From Squalus acanthias (taxonomy: Eukaryota): DNA of 64,000 bases. The notes under the pieces were generated by a model. It did not search any database and was not told the DNA's origin. It worked only from the letters and a program-made list of their open reading frames with translations. Every line of letters begins with the position of its first letter. Positions within the stretch are counted from its first letter, which is position 1. The stretch spans positions 14,634,001-14,698,000 of the forward strand of contig CM059433.1 of assembly GCA_030390025.1 (NCBI GenBank). Reading direction: 5' to 3'. Made by a program: the position numbers and the translations under genes. This document shows, piece by piece, positions 37,041 to 48,014 of this stretch.

Positions 37041-37242
37041 AAATATTTACAGGAATTAAGAATTCACCTGGTCAGCATCTCCAGCAATATAGTAAATGCA
37101 TTTGTGAAGATATTTGCCTCAGTAAATCTAGCAATTTTATGAGTGTACTCTTTTCACTGAAGAGAATGGAAGCTGTGCCTCTACATGGCACCTCATCACA
37201 TCGCTGAGAAACATCTCAAAAACATTTCACATATACAGTCCC

Positions 37243-37555
37243 CACTGATTATAGCGGGCGCATTTGTGCGGACGCGATTTGCCCGCTATACGTGATGGAC
37301 GGCATAACGGAGCAGCACTATATCAGTAATGTTCCTTCTGCTTAGCTCCAGTCAGTTTACAAACTGTGACCTCACACCACTTAGTGGGGATTAGAAGGGT
37401 TTAAATACACAAAAGGTAAATCGAACATTAAGGAGGCAGCTGCTTTCTTATTTACTTACTGATTTTTATTCTTGCATTCAGTGCACCTCAGCGAGATCCG
37501 AACTCACGGCTTCTGCCAGAAATAAACGGAACACCTACGCCGCTATAATCGGCAA
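37243..37555. mobile_element. Old MITE-like element
   Basis: Inverted ends ctgattatagcgggcg / cgccgctataatcgg. Confidence 0.4.
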
Positions 37556-37933
37556 CTTTGAAATTAGCGTGAGTGCAAATGGATAACGATCATCGTTTCT
37601 GGCTGAAATAAGCAATGGGCTGTTTTAACCGTGGACGTATTGAGTGGCGAGGACTGTAATGAATTCACTTGAGGTGCAGTAACTGTTGTTATGTCGGAAA
37701 TTATGGCAGCCATTTTGCACACAGCAAGATTCCACAGCCAGGAAATGAGTGATGAGTTTTCGCTGGTGTTGAGGTTGGAATAATGGTCACGACAAAGGGA
37801 GAACCCTTCTTCAAATTGTTTCCATGGGATCTTCACTAAATTTATTTACAAGGACATTTCACATAGTAACTTGTGTGGAATTTTCTGGAATAGCCATAAC
37901 TCAATTTTTACTTGAAAAAGACACTCGGGAGAG

Positions 37934-38406
37934 TGTCAGCTGTGGCTCAGTGGGTAGCACACTCGCCTCTGAGTCAGAAGGTTGTGGGTTCAAGTCCCAC
38001 TCCAGAGACTTGAGCACATAAAGCTAGGCTGACACTCCAGCGCAGTGCTGAGGGAGTGCTGCACTGTCGGAGGTGCCGTCTTTCGGATGAGACATTAAAC
38101 CGAGGCCCCCGTCTGCTTTCTCGGGTGGACATAAAAGATCCCATGGCACTATTTCGAAGAAGAGTAGCGGGAGTTATCCCCGGTGTCCTGGTCAATATTT
38201 CTCCCTCAACCAACATAACAAACAGATTATCTGGGCATTTTCACATTGCTGTTTGTGGGAGCTTGCTGTGCGCAAATTGGCTGCCGCGTTTCCCACATTA
38301 CAACAGTGACTCCACTTCAAAAGTACTTCATTGGCTGTAAAGTGCTTTGAGACGTCCGGTGATTGTGAAAGGCGCTATAGAAATGCAAGTCTTTCTTGCT
38401 TTCTTT
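37934..38406 (+). mobile_element. Full-length tRNA-headed DeuSINE (SacSINE1-like)
   Basis: A box tggctcagtgg, B box gggttcaagtcc, Deu core, L2-like 3' end and (CTTT)n tail. Confidence 0.92.
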
Positions 38407-38840
38407 TAAAGGCCTTTCAGTTCTCAAAGGAAAAATAGCAGAGTTTGCTTTGCAACTATTCAGGTGCATTTTTCCATCGGTTATAACAAACTTACTGAGC
38501 TGAAATACAGCGATATCATGTCTGGAAATGTATTTCACAGTCACTGAAAACACAACATGTTTAGCATTAGTTGATACAACAATACACGAGGATATGTGGG
38601 GAGAAACTCATTTCAAAACATAGATTTTTTACAGTTATTAAGATGTAATCAGATAAAAGCTGCCGGGATTTCAATTTAGTTGGAAGTTGGGACCCGCGGT
38701 ATATTCCTCCCATGGCTTTCAAAGATTGCACTGCAGCCTGCAAAGCAATTTCCTGTCTCCTACACAATTAGAAAAATCTAGGCCGACAAGGTTACTGTAC
38801 CAATGTCAGCTCCTGTTATCATGGAGTCCATTATACTCAC

Positions 38841-38908
38841 AGGTAAACATTAGGCTTTTGACAGCATTGCAGAACCAAAATAAAAACATTATATTGCCCT
38901 CAAAATAT
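38841..38908 (-). CDS. Candidate 68-nt exon encoding a hydrophobic, signal-peptide-like stretch
   Basis: ttttaatttgcttttaacag|...|gtgagt. The only open frame is YFEGNIMFLFWFCNAVKSLMFT. Confidence 0.35.
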
Positions 38909-40092
38909 CTGTTAAAAGCAAATTAAAATGTAAAAGAATAAGGATCTGGGAGCACGTAAGTGAGATGATAATGGTTTTATCATCATGACAAGATAAGTCC
39001 ATTTCTTAATCATTTTCAACAAAAAAATCCACACATCTGTCTTATCCAAATATCATTGAGATGCCTATGACTCAAATAACTAATGATTGTTAAAGTAAAT
39101 TGGGAGCAGTGGCTTAGCGAGGTGTAGATACACGTGCAAATGTGTACAAGTTTTATCCCCTGGGGTGGCGAATGCAGCAGATCAAAAAAGTGCGCCCATG
39201 AAGTATGAGCTCGAGGCCTTTCGAGGTAAGCCAATGCTTAGACTGAGCTGAGAAGCTGCACCGTGGTGTCCGGGCTCTGCAGGAAGAGTTTTTCCTCCCT
39301 TGGATAGTGGTTGCACTGTCTTTCGTCCTCCCAAATCCAACTGCTCTCCTGGTTGGCCAGTGGGTTTAGAGGTTTGCTCATCTTCATCACGAAGTAAAGT
39401 CCCACGTGTATTTGTCCCAGGTACTGTCCCAGACCTGCAACATAAAAGATCAGCCGTGGGGGTCCGTTTCTGTGCGGGCAGATTATGGTCGAGAAATTCA
39501 ATGACGCTGGGCCCATTTTACAGGTGGAAAGCGAGCACTAAAGTGTCCAATATGCCGGGCAGAGCGCGTACGCTCATTACGCAACTGAAGTGCACATTGG
39601 AATAGGCATCCAAAGAGGTGTCCAGGGCCCAGGCTCACTTTGAATGTGGAAATCCGCAGCCTAAATCCTCTCTGATGCCTCCATTACCAAATTGGTTTGC
39701 CCTGAATGCAGCTGGCGCTCTTTGCACTCGTTCTTGGGAGTGAGGGTGGAGAGGGCAGTGGAAAGGGGTTTATAGAGATGGTTGCTAGTGCTGAAAAGAA
39801 GTGGGGTTATTTTTGCTCTGCAGGATGATCCTGGATTAGGGAACAGTTTTGGGAGTGGAAAGTAAGGTCCGATAGAGCTCAGCACAATTGGACATTTTAG
39901 TTCGTGCCAACTAAACATACACACAACATGCCTTTTAAATAATTTAGTCCATCTAACCATGTGCACTAGAATATTAACTTTACACTTTGGATAAAATATT
40001 ACAATTTAACACAGAAAGATAATCTATAAATAAGGTTGGCTCCAGATTCAGTTGAAATAACTGAGCTACATCCATTGAACTCAGAATCTAAA

Positions 40093-40727
40093 CCGCGAAA
40101 TTCAGTGGGAGGTTAGCGGCAGCGGTAGCCGGTAGCACCCCGTGGCGCTGCGCCTCCGGCGATGACGTCATCACCGTGCGCAGCGCCCCAGCCACAAACT
40201 TCGGTTGCGCCCCCTGACCTATCGCCGGACGATGTGTCCGACAGGGTCAGGGTTGCATTTTTGCGGCCGCGGTATTTAAAGGGGCAGGTGTCGGGCAGCC
40301 ATCTTTTTTTCTGGCCGCCTGCCAGCACCTGCCCCCTTCCCCTCTTTTATTCGGGGTGCCGGCCGCAATCGCTCAGCCTGGCACTCCGAGTGCCGGGCTG
40401 TTTTCACGGCACCCCGCTCCCCGGTGGTCTAGCAGGGCCCCGGTGCGTGCAGTGCTAGGCCCCTCCCCTTTAATCGGGGGAGGGAGGCCTGCAATACCGC
40501 GGCGATACGTGCCGACGCGCATGGCACTGTTGCACATAGCGTCGTGTTATTCACTGATAGCGCCCCAGGAAGGAGGGGGAGCACTTTCAGTAGCGCCCCG
40601 CCTCCTGCTTGGGGCGCCACCACTGAATTTATGGCGCAGGGGTGCTAACTTTTTCGTGGCGTTAAATATAGCGCCCCGGTGAAGTTAGCGCCCAAAAGGG
40701 GGCGCCACCGAATTTCCCCCCCCCCCC
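40093..40727. mobile_element. MITE of the 33287-34024 family, left end missing
   Basis: Collinear with 33384-34024; ends gaatttccccc followed by TAA. Confidence 0.9.
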
Positions 40728-41520
40728 TAAGTCTCCCTCCACTGCTGCAATTCTCAGCTAAATGTCCCACCAGTTAACAAAAATTCTATAAATTGAGATA
40801 CCAAATCTATATTATTTTAGTAAATTCAGTTATCGAACCAGCAGTGATGCTATTTGTCAATGTATTGCAGAAAAATTCATGTCAATCAATTTACAACACA
40901 AGAAACGTGCCATCTCTATGTGCTGTTGAATTACGGAAATAGAATAGAGCAAATAGACAATGATTCATTCAATTTTGTTCCTTCTTTTCTGCAATCTTTC
41001 TCCCCTCATCTTCTCCTGAAGGCAGTAGCTCTTTGCTGGGTTATATTTCAAGGAGCACGGGTCATCCTATTCGTATCTTGCCCACGTGACCATCCTAAAT
41101 GTGTCAATCTAGAGAATGAATGCTGACAGACTATCGAACAGGGTCATTACAGTCGAGCCTGGTCCTTTCTTCAACTAACATTCACATGTATTTACTTCCA
41201 GCAGAGGTCACTGATAACTGGTCAATTTTTCACTTCCCAACCCAGGGGAACCAAGGCCAATTATAGCAGCTCTTACCATTGCTCCAGATGAGTTCCGTAA
41301 GCCATCACAGACCTGATATCCTCCTAGTCTATATGCTTCAGCTACTCACTGCCTTAACCAGAGTGACAGCCACAATTCATTCCGTTTTTACAGCATTTAA
41401 TCATTATTGTTGGAAAAAAATTATCTTCATAAGAGAGGATCCAGATTCTCTCAGAATTGATATTACAGCTCTTTGATTTCTTTTTTAGAATCTATTTCAG
41501 AAACGTCACACTTATATTTG

Positions 41521-41720
41521 CGGAGATGCCGGTGTTGGACTGGGGTGGACAAAAGTGAGAAGTCGCACAACACCAGGTTATAGTCCAACAGTTTTATTTG
41601 AAATCACAAGCTTTCGGAGCGCTGCTCCTTTGTTCACCTGACGAAGGAGCAGCCGCTCCGAAAGCTTGTGATTTCAAATAAAACTGTTGGACTATAACCT
41701 GGTGTTGTGTGACTTCTCAC
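41521..41720. mobile_element. Palindromic Penelope-like pLTR insertion (same family as 5224-5420)
   Basis: Near-identical sequence; TSD tcacacttatatttg at 41506-41520 and 41717-41731. Confidence 0.88.
41634..41671 (+). ncRNA. Minimal type I hammerhead ribozyme
   Basis: tcac-CTGACGA-a-GGAGC agcc GCTCC-GAAA-gc-TT-gtga. Confidence 0.8.
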
Positions 41721-41731
41721 ACTTATATTTG

Positions 41732-41840
41732 AGTGAACTAGGTTGGGGCTTCTACCTTTAGAAAAGAGAAGACTTAGAGGTGACCTAATAGAGGTCTTTA
41801 AAATTATCAATGGGTTGAACAGGGTAAATGTGGAGAAAAT
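41732..41840 (+). mobile_element. CR1 fragment
   Basis: LGLLPLEKRRLRGDLIEVFKI. Confidence 0.85.
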
Positions 41841-42278
41841 GGGCTCGATTTTAATGTGCAGACGCTCTGGGAGCAGTGGGGTGCCCCAAGGGTACAGACT
41901 ATCCAAGCTCTGCTCAGCTGGACGCAGATGCTGTACCCCGGGGGCCATCGATGAAGAGGATAATCATTGAGCAGCAGCAGAGAATGTGCGATGTACTGAC
42001 AGGACACTGTCCATGATTGCAGCGAGATTGGAGGAGTCTGCCTCAAGCCGGAGTGGGATGCTGTCGCAGGCCATTGAGATGATGTCTTCTTCCATGGATG
42101 AAGTTGCACAATCTGGATACCACCTTAAAAAGGATTAACGATTCCTGAGCCTTAGCCTTGCAGCGCCCCACTGATCTGCAGCAAAGTGTTCTCCAACACA
42201 AAGATAGCAGGGAAGTGTGGCTGGGCCATGGGAGGGATGATGGTGAAAGGGGACATGGAAGTGGGGGCTCCACTCAAA
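41841..42278 (+). mobile_element. Internally deleted Harbinger derivative
   Basis: Terminus gggctcgattttaatgtgcagacgctctgg matches 31323 and is joined directly to sequence matching Myb exon 3 (32545-33003). Confidence 0.85.
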
Positions 42279-43064
42279 GAGAAAAAAAAGCAGATAGTAA
42301 GATTTCAAATATGGAATGCTTTATAACATCAATTCCTTTTCCAAAGCAGATTGTTAAGTAAGTCCAAAGTGGGGGTAAGATGCCACGTAGAGTTCTAGCA
42401 ATTGGCGTGTCTGTGAGGCTCAATAGCTAAGGAGTTGGCTTCTAAACACCCTCTCCCACCCCCCCGCAACATAATTGCTATATAATGGTGGCTATAGGGA
42501 GGAAGGGGAAACATCTTTTGAGTACAGTTACTTAAGATCTTTAATTGCCGTCTAGTCTCAAATTGAGTTTCTGTAGTACCAGGGTAATGCAATGTTCCTG
42601 GACTATCAGGGACAGTGGGATTTTCCACATTCCTTTCAATAGCAACCTCACATTAACATGGATCTTTGTTTTTATACTTGGGCTTCTGCACCATGATACC
42701 GTTTTAGCCTGACCTCTGGCATTCTCCCACTTTCTTTAATGAAGTGGGCTGGCCACCTTCCATAGAGGAACATAATACACTGCAGCATTGGAGTTTTGCT
42801 CAGGAAATTGCTCCTAAAACTGACCTACTGCCACTAACAGGATCCTGATGAGCTAGAACATATGTTCAATGTCAACATCCTTCATTACCCAAGAAAATCT
42901 GTCAGGAGGCAAACCCTCCACAAATTATTTTATTGATATGATAAGAAATGAATTGCAAGTAACATTTCCACTAAAACTATGGACAAGGAGAGACCAGCTG
43001 GTCAACGTGACCCCCAGGGGCAGAAGCAGGCAGTGCTATGGAGGTGGAAGTAGGCAGTCCTTGT

Positions 43065-43350
43065 GATGGAGAGGATGTTGAATCACCTCGAAGTCGAATA
43101 GGACGCTGAAGTTGCGCACAGTGCGGTTGTGCCTGAGACAGTGGCTGGGCAGGGGATGGAATCGGTGTCAAGGCTATGGAGTTTGTGGTGGCGGTCGACG
43201 ACCATGGCTCTGACCTTCCCAAATGTTTAGTTGGAAAAAGATAGAAAGACTTGCTTTTCTATAGCGCCTTTCACGACCACCGGACGTCTCAAAGCGCTTT
43301 ACAGCCAATGAAGTACTTTTGAAGTGGAGTCACTGTTGTAATGTGGGAAA
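43065..43350 (-). mobile_element. L2 fragment (43065-43236) plus DeuSINE/L2-type 3' tail (43240-43350)
   Basis: Reverse similarity to 12190-12350 and to 38290-38400. Confidence 0.75.
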
Positions 43351-44208
43351 GGAGGAGACTAATGGAGGAGCCTGCAGTGCATCAAAGATTGAATGTTGCC
43401 GCTCGAAGGAGGAGAAGGTGCCAGAGGAGTTGGGGAGAGACGCCAAGGTGTGATTGGTGATTAGGGCCACACTGTCACAGCAGCAGTTTGGGCAAGTTAG
43501 TTGGTGGGAAGTATAAGCAGGTGGGGAGGCTTCCATAAGAGGCAAGGTGTTACCACCCATGAGGCACATTTCAGTGAAGCCAACTGTCAATGCAATCATC
43601 CACAATAAGGGCCTGAAATCTACAGAATGTTCCTGTAAAAGTAGCCACCTGCAAGTAGCTGAAATGTGGTGATGGCCACCCACGGAGCTAGGTTTGAGTA
43701 CTAGCACAATTTAGGTTATATCATACTTGGCTGACTTCGGGTCTTGGTCTTGACATTATATTGCAAATCTATTGCAATTACAGCTTCTTGAACTGAACTT
43801 TTGAAAGAGGTTAACATTGGTTCAAGGATCCTAAGAAATGATCACTCGGAATTTAATCTAGTTTTCTCAATGGTGTCACTGGTAATCGGAAAAAAACAAA
43901 TAGATGCAGCAAGATAGGGAGGGGAAGACTTATAGACGCAGTAAGGGAAGATTACATTGTTCCTGTGTGAAATCTGTTAAAATAACTGAATGTCATGATT
44001 ATATTTAATACTTAACCATAATAGTTGGAGTGTAAAGAAATGTTAATTATTTGGCATGGAAGTTGCACATCTAAAATATTAATTTATAATTAATAGATAT
44101 TAAACTGCTGTGCTTACTAAAAAAAATTGAGACAAAACATCTTAAACATTGCTGAAAAAACTGCTTTAATATTTTGTGTTTTTCAATGTTATAGTTGCTA
44201 TTCAGATA

Positions 44209-45012
44209 TCTTCTTCTTCGGTAATCCTGAGGATGATTTGCTTCCACACTAAAAATGAGTTCTCAGGTGACTGATGAGTCCAATGCGGGACCTACAGTCT
44301 CTGTCACAGGTGGGAAGACGATGGTTGAAGGGGCGGGTGAGTGGGGTGCTTGGGTTGACGTGTACTCCTTCCGCTGTTTGCGCTTGGCTTCCGGAAGCTT
44401 GCTCCCGGCGAAGAGACTCGAGGTGTTCACCGCCTTCCTGGATGCTTCTCCTCCACTTAGTGCGGTCTTGGGCCAGGGATTCCCAGGTGTCAGTGAGGAT
44501 GTTACACTTTTTCCATGAGGCTTTGAGGGTGTCCTTGCAGCGTTTCCTCTGCCCACCTGGGCTCTCTTGCCGTGTCGGAGCTCCGAGTAGAGTGTTTGCT
44601 TTGGGAGTCTCGTATCGGGCATGCGGACGATGTGGCCCATCCATTGGAGCTGATCGAGCGTGGTCAAAGCTTTGATGCTGGGGATGTTGGCCTGAGCGAG
44701 AACACTGATGTTGGTGCGCCTATCCTGCCAATGGATTTGCAGGATCTTGCGGAGACAGCGTTGGTGGTACCTCTCCAGTGCTTTGAGGTGCCTGCTGTAC
44801 ATGGTCCATGTCTCTGAAGCATACAGGAGGGCGGGTATCACTACTGCTCTGTAGACCATGAGCTTGGTGCTGGGTTTGAGGTCCTGGTCTTCAAACACTT
44901 TCTTCCTCAGGCGACCGAAGGCTGCACTGGCACACTGAAGGCGGTGTTGGACTTTGTCATCGACGTTTGCCCTTGTTGACAGTAGGCTCCCGAGGTATTG
45001 AAAGTGGTCCAC
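44209..45012 (-). mobile_element. RTE-clade LINE 3' portion
   Basis: FQYLGS...ASAAFGRL...TKLMVYRAVVIPALLYASETW...RCLRKIL.I.WQDR.TN and C-terminal C..C...GLISHLRTH; (GAA)n tail. Confidence 0.93.
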
Positions 45013-46224
45013 ATATACAGCAGTCTTTGCATTCATAATCTGTTTTGTTATTCAACACCTTTAACTACCATTTGAACTAAATTATCTTTGCACTAGAATA
45101 TGAAGTTCTAAGCTAAAATTTTACTTCTCTGAATAAAATACCACAGCCGTACCTATTATATTTCCTTAGGGATTATGTCTGATTTTCTTTTTATCTCTCC
45201 CACCCAGTCTGCCCAACTGTTTCTCCTGCAAAAAATACTGCACCTGCACGAGAGAAGCTTTTGACTTTCTCCCAGCGACCAGTCTTTGCAGAAATTGCTT
45301 TAATAATGGCCCCCCGAGTGCATAATTTCACCGGCTGAGAACTAAACACAATAGAAGGATTTGAAGTGCATTACAAACAACAAATGCAAAGAAAAATCCA
45401 CATAGATCTGAATCAATTTGACACAGTTTGAAGCCAAATTAACAAACTGCTCAAAAGGGCACTGAATATTGTGGGCTGTCTCAATTATTAGTTATTTTGA
45501 ACTGTGTCAAGCAATGAGAAGGTTACAATCTCCGAGACCTCATATTCCACCACTGATTTGGATCATGCCTTTACTGACATGGCGTCTACTGAGGTTCCTG
45601 CATTTATTGTTATTTTATTGCTTGAATTTTTCCCCTTCTGTGTTCAGTGGCCGGCCACATAACGATATTTCCAATTATTCATATGACATTTTTCAAAAAG
45701 GTTGTAAGGATGGATTAGCTTTTCGCTAAAAATTGAGGGGAACTGCCTATTAAAACTTGAAAGCTAGATGAAATGACACACAATATCTCTCATTGATTAA
45801 TTATTTGAAAGGAATGTTTAGATGTCAGCTCCAAGTATATACAAGCATTTGACCGTAACCATTTAAAACTAAAAATTCTGCCTCACTTCTTCTTTAGTGT
45901 GAATGGTGAAATGAAATAAAATTAAGAATTTCAATTTAAAAAATAAAGCTTTTTACTAATAGTCAGAGAACACATTATTGTTCATAGATATAACTCTCAT
46001 ATGGACAAAAAACAAAATATATGGGATGTTAACCATTATCCTGCAGTGATAAAATAGGAGAGGAAGATGCAGCTTTAGCCTAAATTACACGTACAACTAG
46101 GACAAAAGAGCTGGTCCATGCTCAGGTTTGACTGTACACACCGTTTTGAGAAAAAGGTTTATCTATAACTCACACAAAGACATTTAAAAAGACTTAACGT
46201 AGATGTTATTGTGAGCAATGCCAT

Positions 46225-46650
46225 CATACTGAACAGGCTGGGGCTCTATTCTCCAGAAAAGAGAAGGCGGAGTGATGACCTAATGGAGGTCTTTAAAATT
46301 ATGAAAGGATTTGATAGGTTAGACGTAGAGAAGATGTTTCCACGAGTGCGGGGGGGGGTCCAAAACTAGGGGCCATCAATATAAGATAGTCACCAATAAA
46401 TCCAATCGGAAATTCAGGAGAAACTTCTTTACTCAGAGTGGCGAGAATGAGGAACTCGCTACCACATGAAGTGGTTGAGGCAAATAGAATAGATGGATTC
46501 AAGGGGAAGCTAGCTAAGTACATGAGGGAGAAAGGAATAAAGGGATACGCTGATAGTGAGATGAAGTAAGGTGGAAAGAGGCTTGTGTGGAGCATAAACA
46601 CTGGCCATTGTAGGGCCGAATGGCCTGTTTCTGTGCTGTAAATTTTATGT
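46225..46650 (+). mobile_element. CR1 3' end
   Basis: LNRLGLYS.EKRR...DLMEVFKIMKGFD, FRRNFFTQRV and gggccgaatggcctgtttctgtgctgt. Confidence 0.9.
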
Positions 46651-47259
46651 AGTAGCCGGGGGAATTTGAAAGGAGCATATTAAGTGTTTGTTGATATTTT
46701 GCTTAATGTGCTTGTTTACGTTAGGAAGGGAAATGAAGAAACTGTCAACGGGAGGGATCCCATTTGATATTCCTAGCTCCGCTTGGGTGTTGGAATGTTT
46801 CAAATAGTAACATCAAAGAGTTTGAATTATTTTGCAGAGTGGTCTAAATGTCCTTCTGTGCACGTATGATGCCACAGGTTTCCTCATTATGATCACTGCT
46901 GGCAAATAAGTAACTAGAGCTTGTGGCTGGAGGTGCAGCAACAAATGTAAGGGGCATTTTTGATTTTTAAAAATTAGATAGAGGGGGATTCATGGTAATA
47001 TAGCAAGGTCTGAATCTTTGTAATCATTAGGTCAGCACTCCTTGAAAGTCTTGCTGGTGTAGGTAGTTGAGAGACAGCAGTAGGTAGGCAGGTACAGTCT
47101 CAGAGGGCATGATCATTAGTCTATGGATATCCTAAGGATGTGCAATATATAAAAGGTAAATTTGTAGTTTATTTCTTTAGTGGGACATACAGGAATATTT
47201 TGATCTTGCTGGATCAATCACAAGGAGATGCTCTAATGCACCTTGAACTTGAGCTGGCA

Positions 47260-48008
47260 TCACTTCCCTCCTGGTTAACCAGAGCCCATCCTACTGTTAC
47301 TGCACCATCAGCCAAGACCCAAGTGAGGAAGAACACACAGTCTGCTCAGCCAACCCACATTTTATGTATGGTCATGTTAGCGATATTATCCACGAGAATG
47401 ATTGTTTGTAACATCATCTGCAGGCACTGTGTATGCTGAAGATGCCCCAGTATACTTCTGCACCAATTCTCAACCTCTTGACTGCCTCAGTATTGTCAGA
47501 CTGCTTTTCAGTCATCAAGTCCTTGATTAATCCCAGCTTCCTCCAGCTCAACATCAGGAGGACCAAAGCCATCATCTTTGGCCCCAGTCATAATTCTTTC
47601 TATCCATTGTCCCTGACCTTGCTTACCTACACTAGCTCACCATATCACAATGCATTATTTCAAAATCAGTGTCCTCCTTTATGAACCCTTTCATAGATTG
47701 GCCAACCCTTTCTCTGAAATCTCATCCAGCCCTGTACCCCCTCCTGAAGTCTTCCTTCCTCCGACAGTGACCTCCTGTAAAACTCCCTGCCTCTTTGTTC
47801 CCACCACAAGTCTTCAACCGCCTCAGTAATTATCTCTGAAATTCCGTCTCTAAACATCCTCACCTTTAAAAACCTCCTCAAAACCCATCTCTTCAAGCTT
47901 TTAATTATCCCTCCCAATCTCTCCCTTCCTAGATGTTTTCCTTATGCTTAGTCATGAAACATCTTGGAATGTTTCTTTGCATTAAAGAGGTTATACAAAT
48001 GCAAGTTT
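47260..48008 (+). mobile_element. Old L2 LINE
   Basis: YAEDA.., FLQLNI..TKAIIFGP, FKNLLKTHLF remnants and tail atacaaatgcaagtt. Confidence 0.75.
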
Positions 48009-48014
48009 TAAAAA

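Noticed and set aside
37934..38010. tRNA-like sequences (also 48303, 52461, 61187)
   Set aside because: They are SINE heads continuing into Deu or V domains, with no proper cloverleaf or terminator.
45180..45340. Plus-strand acceptor followed by a Cys-rich frame (LPNCFSCKKYCTC)
   Set aside because: No convincing donor or partner exons, and no recognisable domain.
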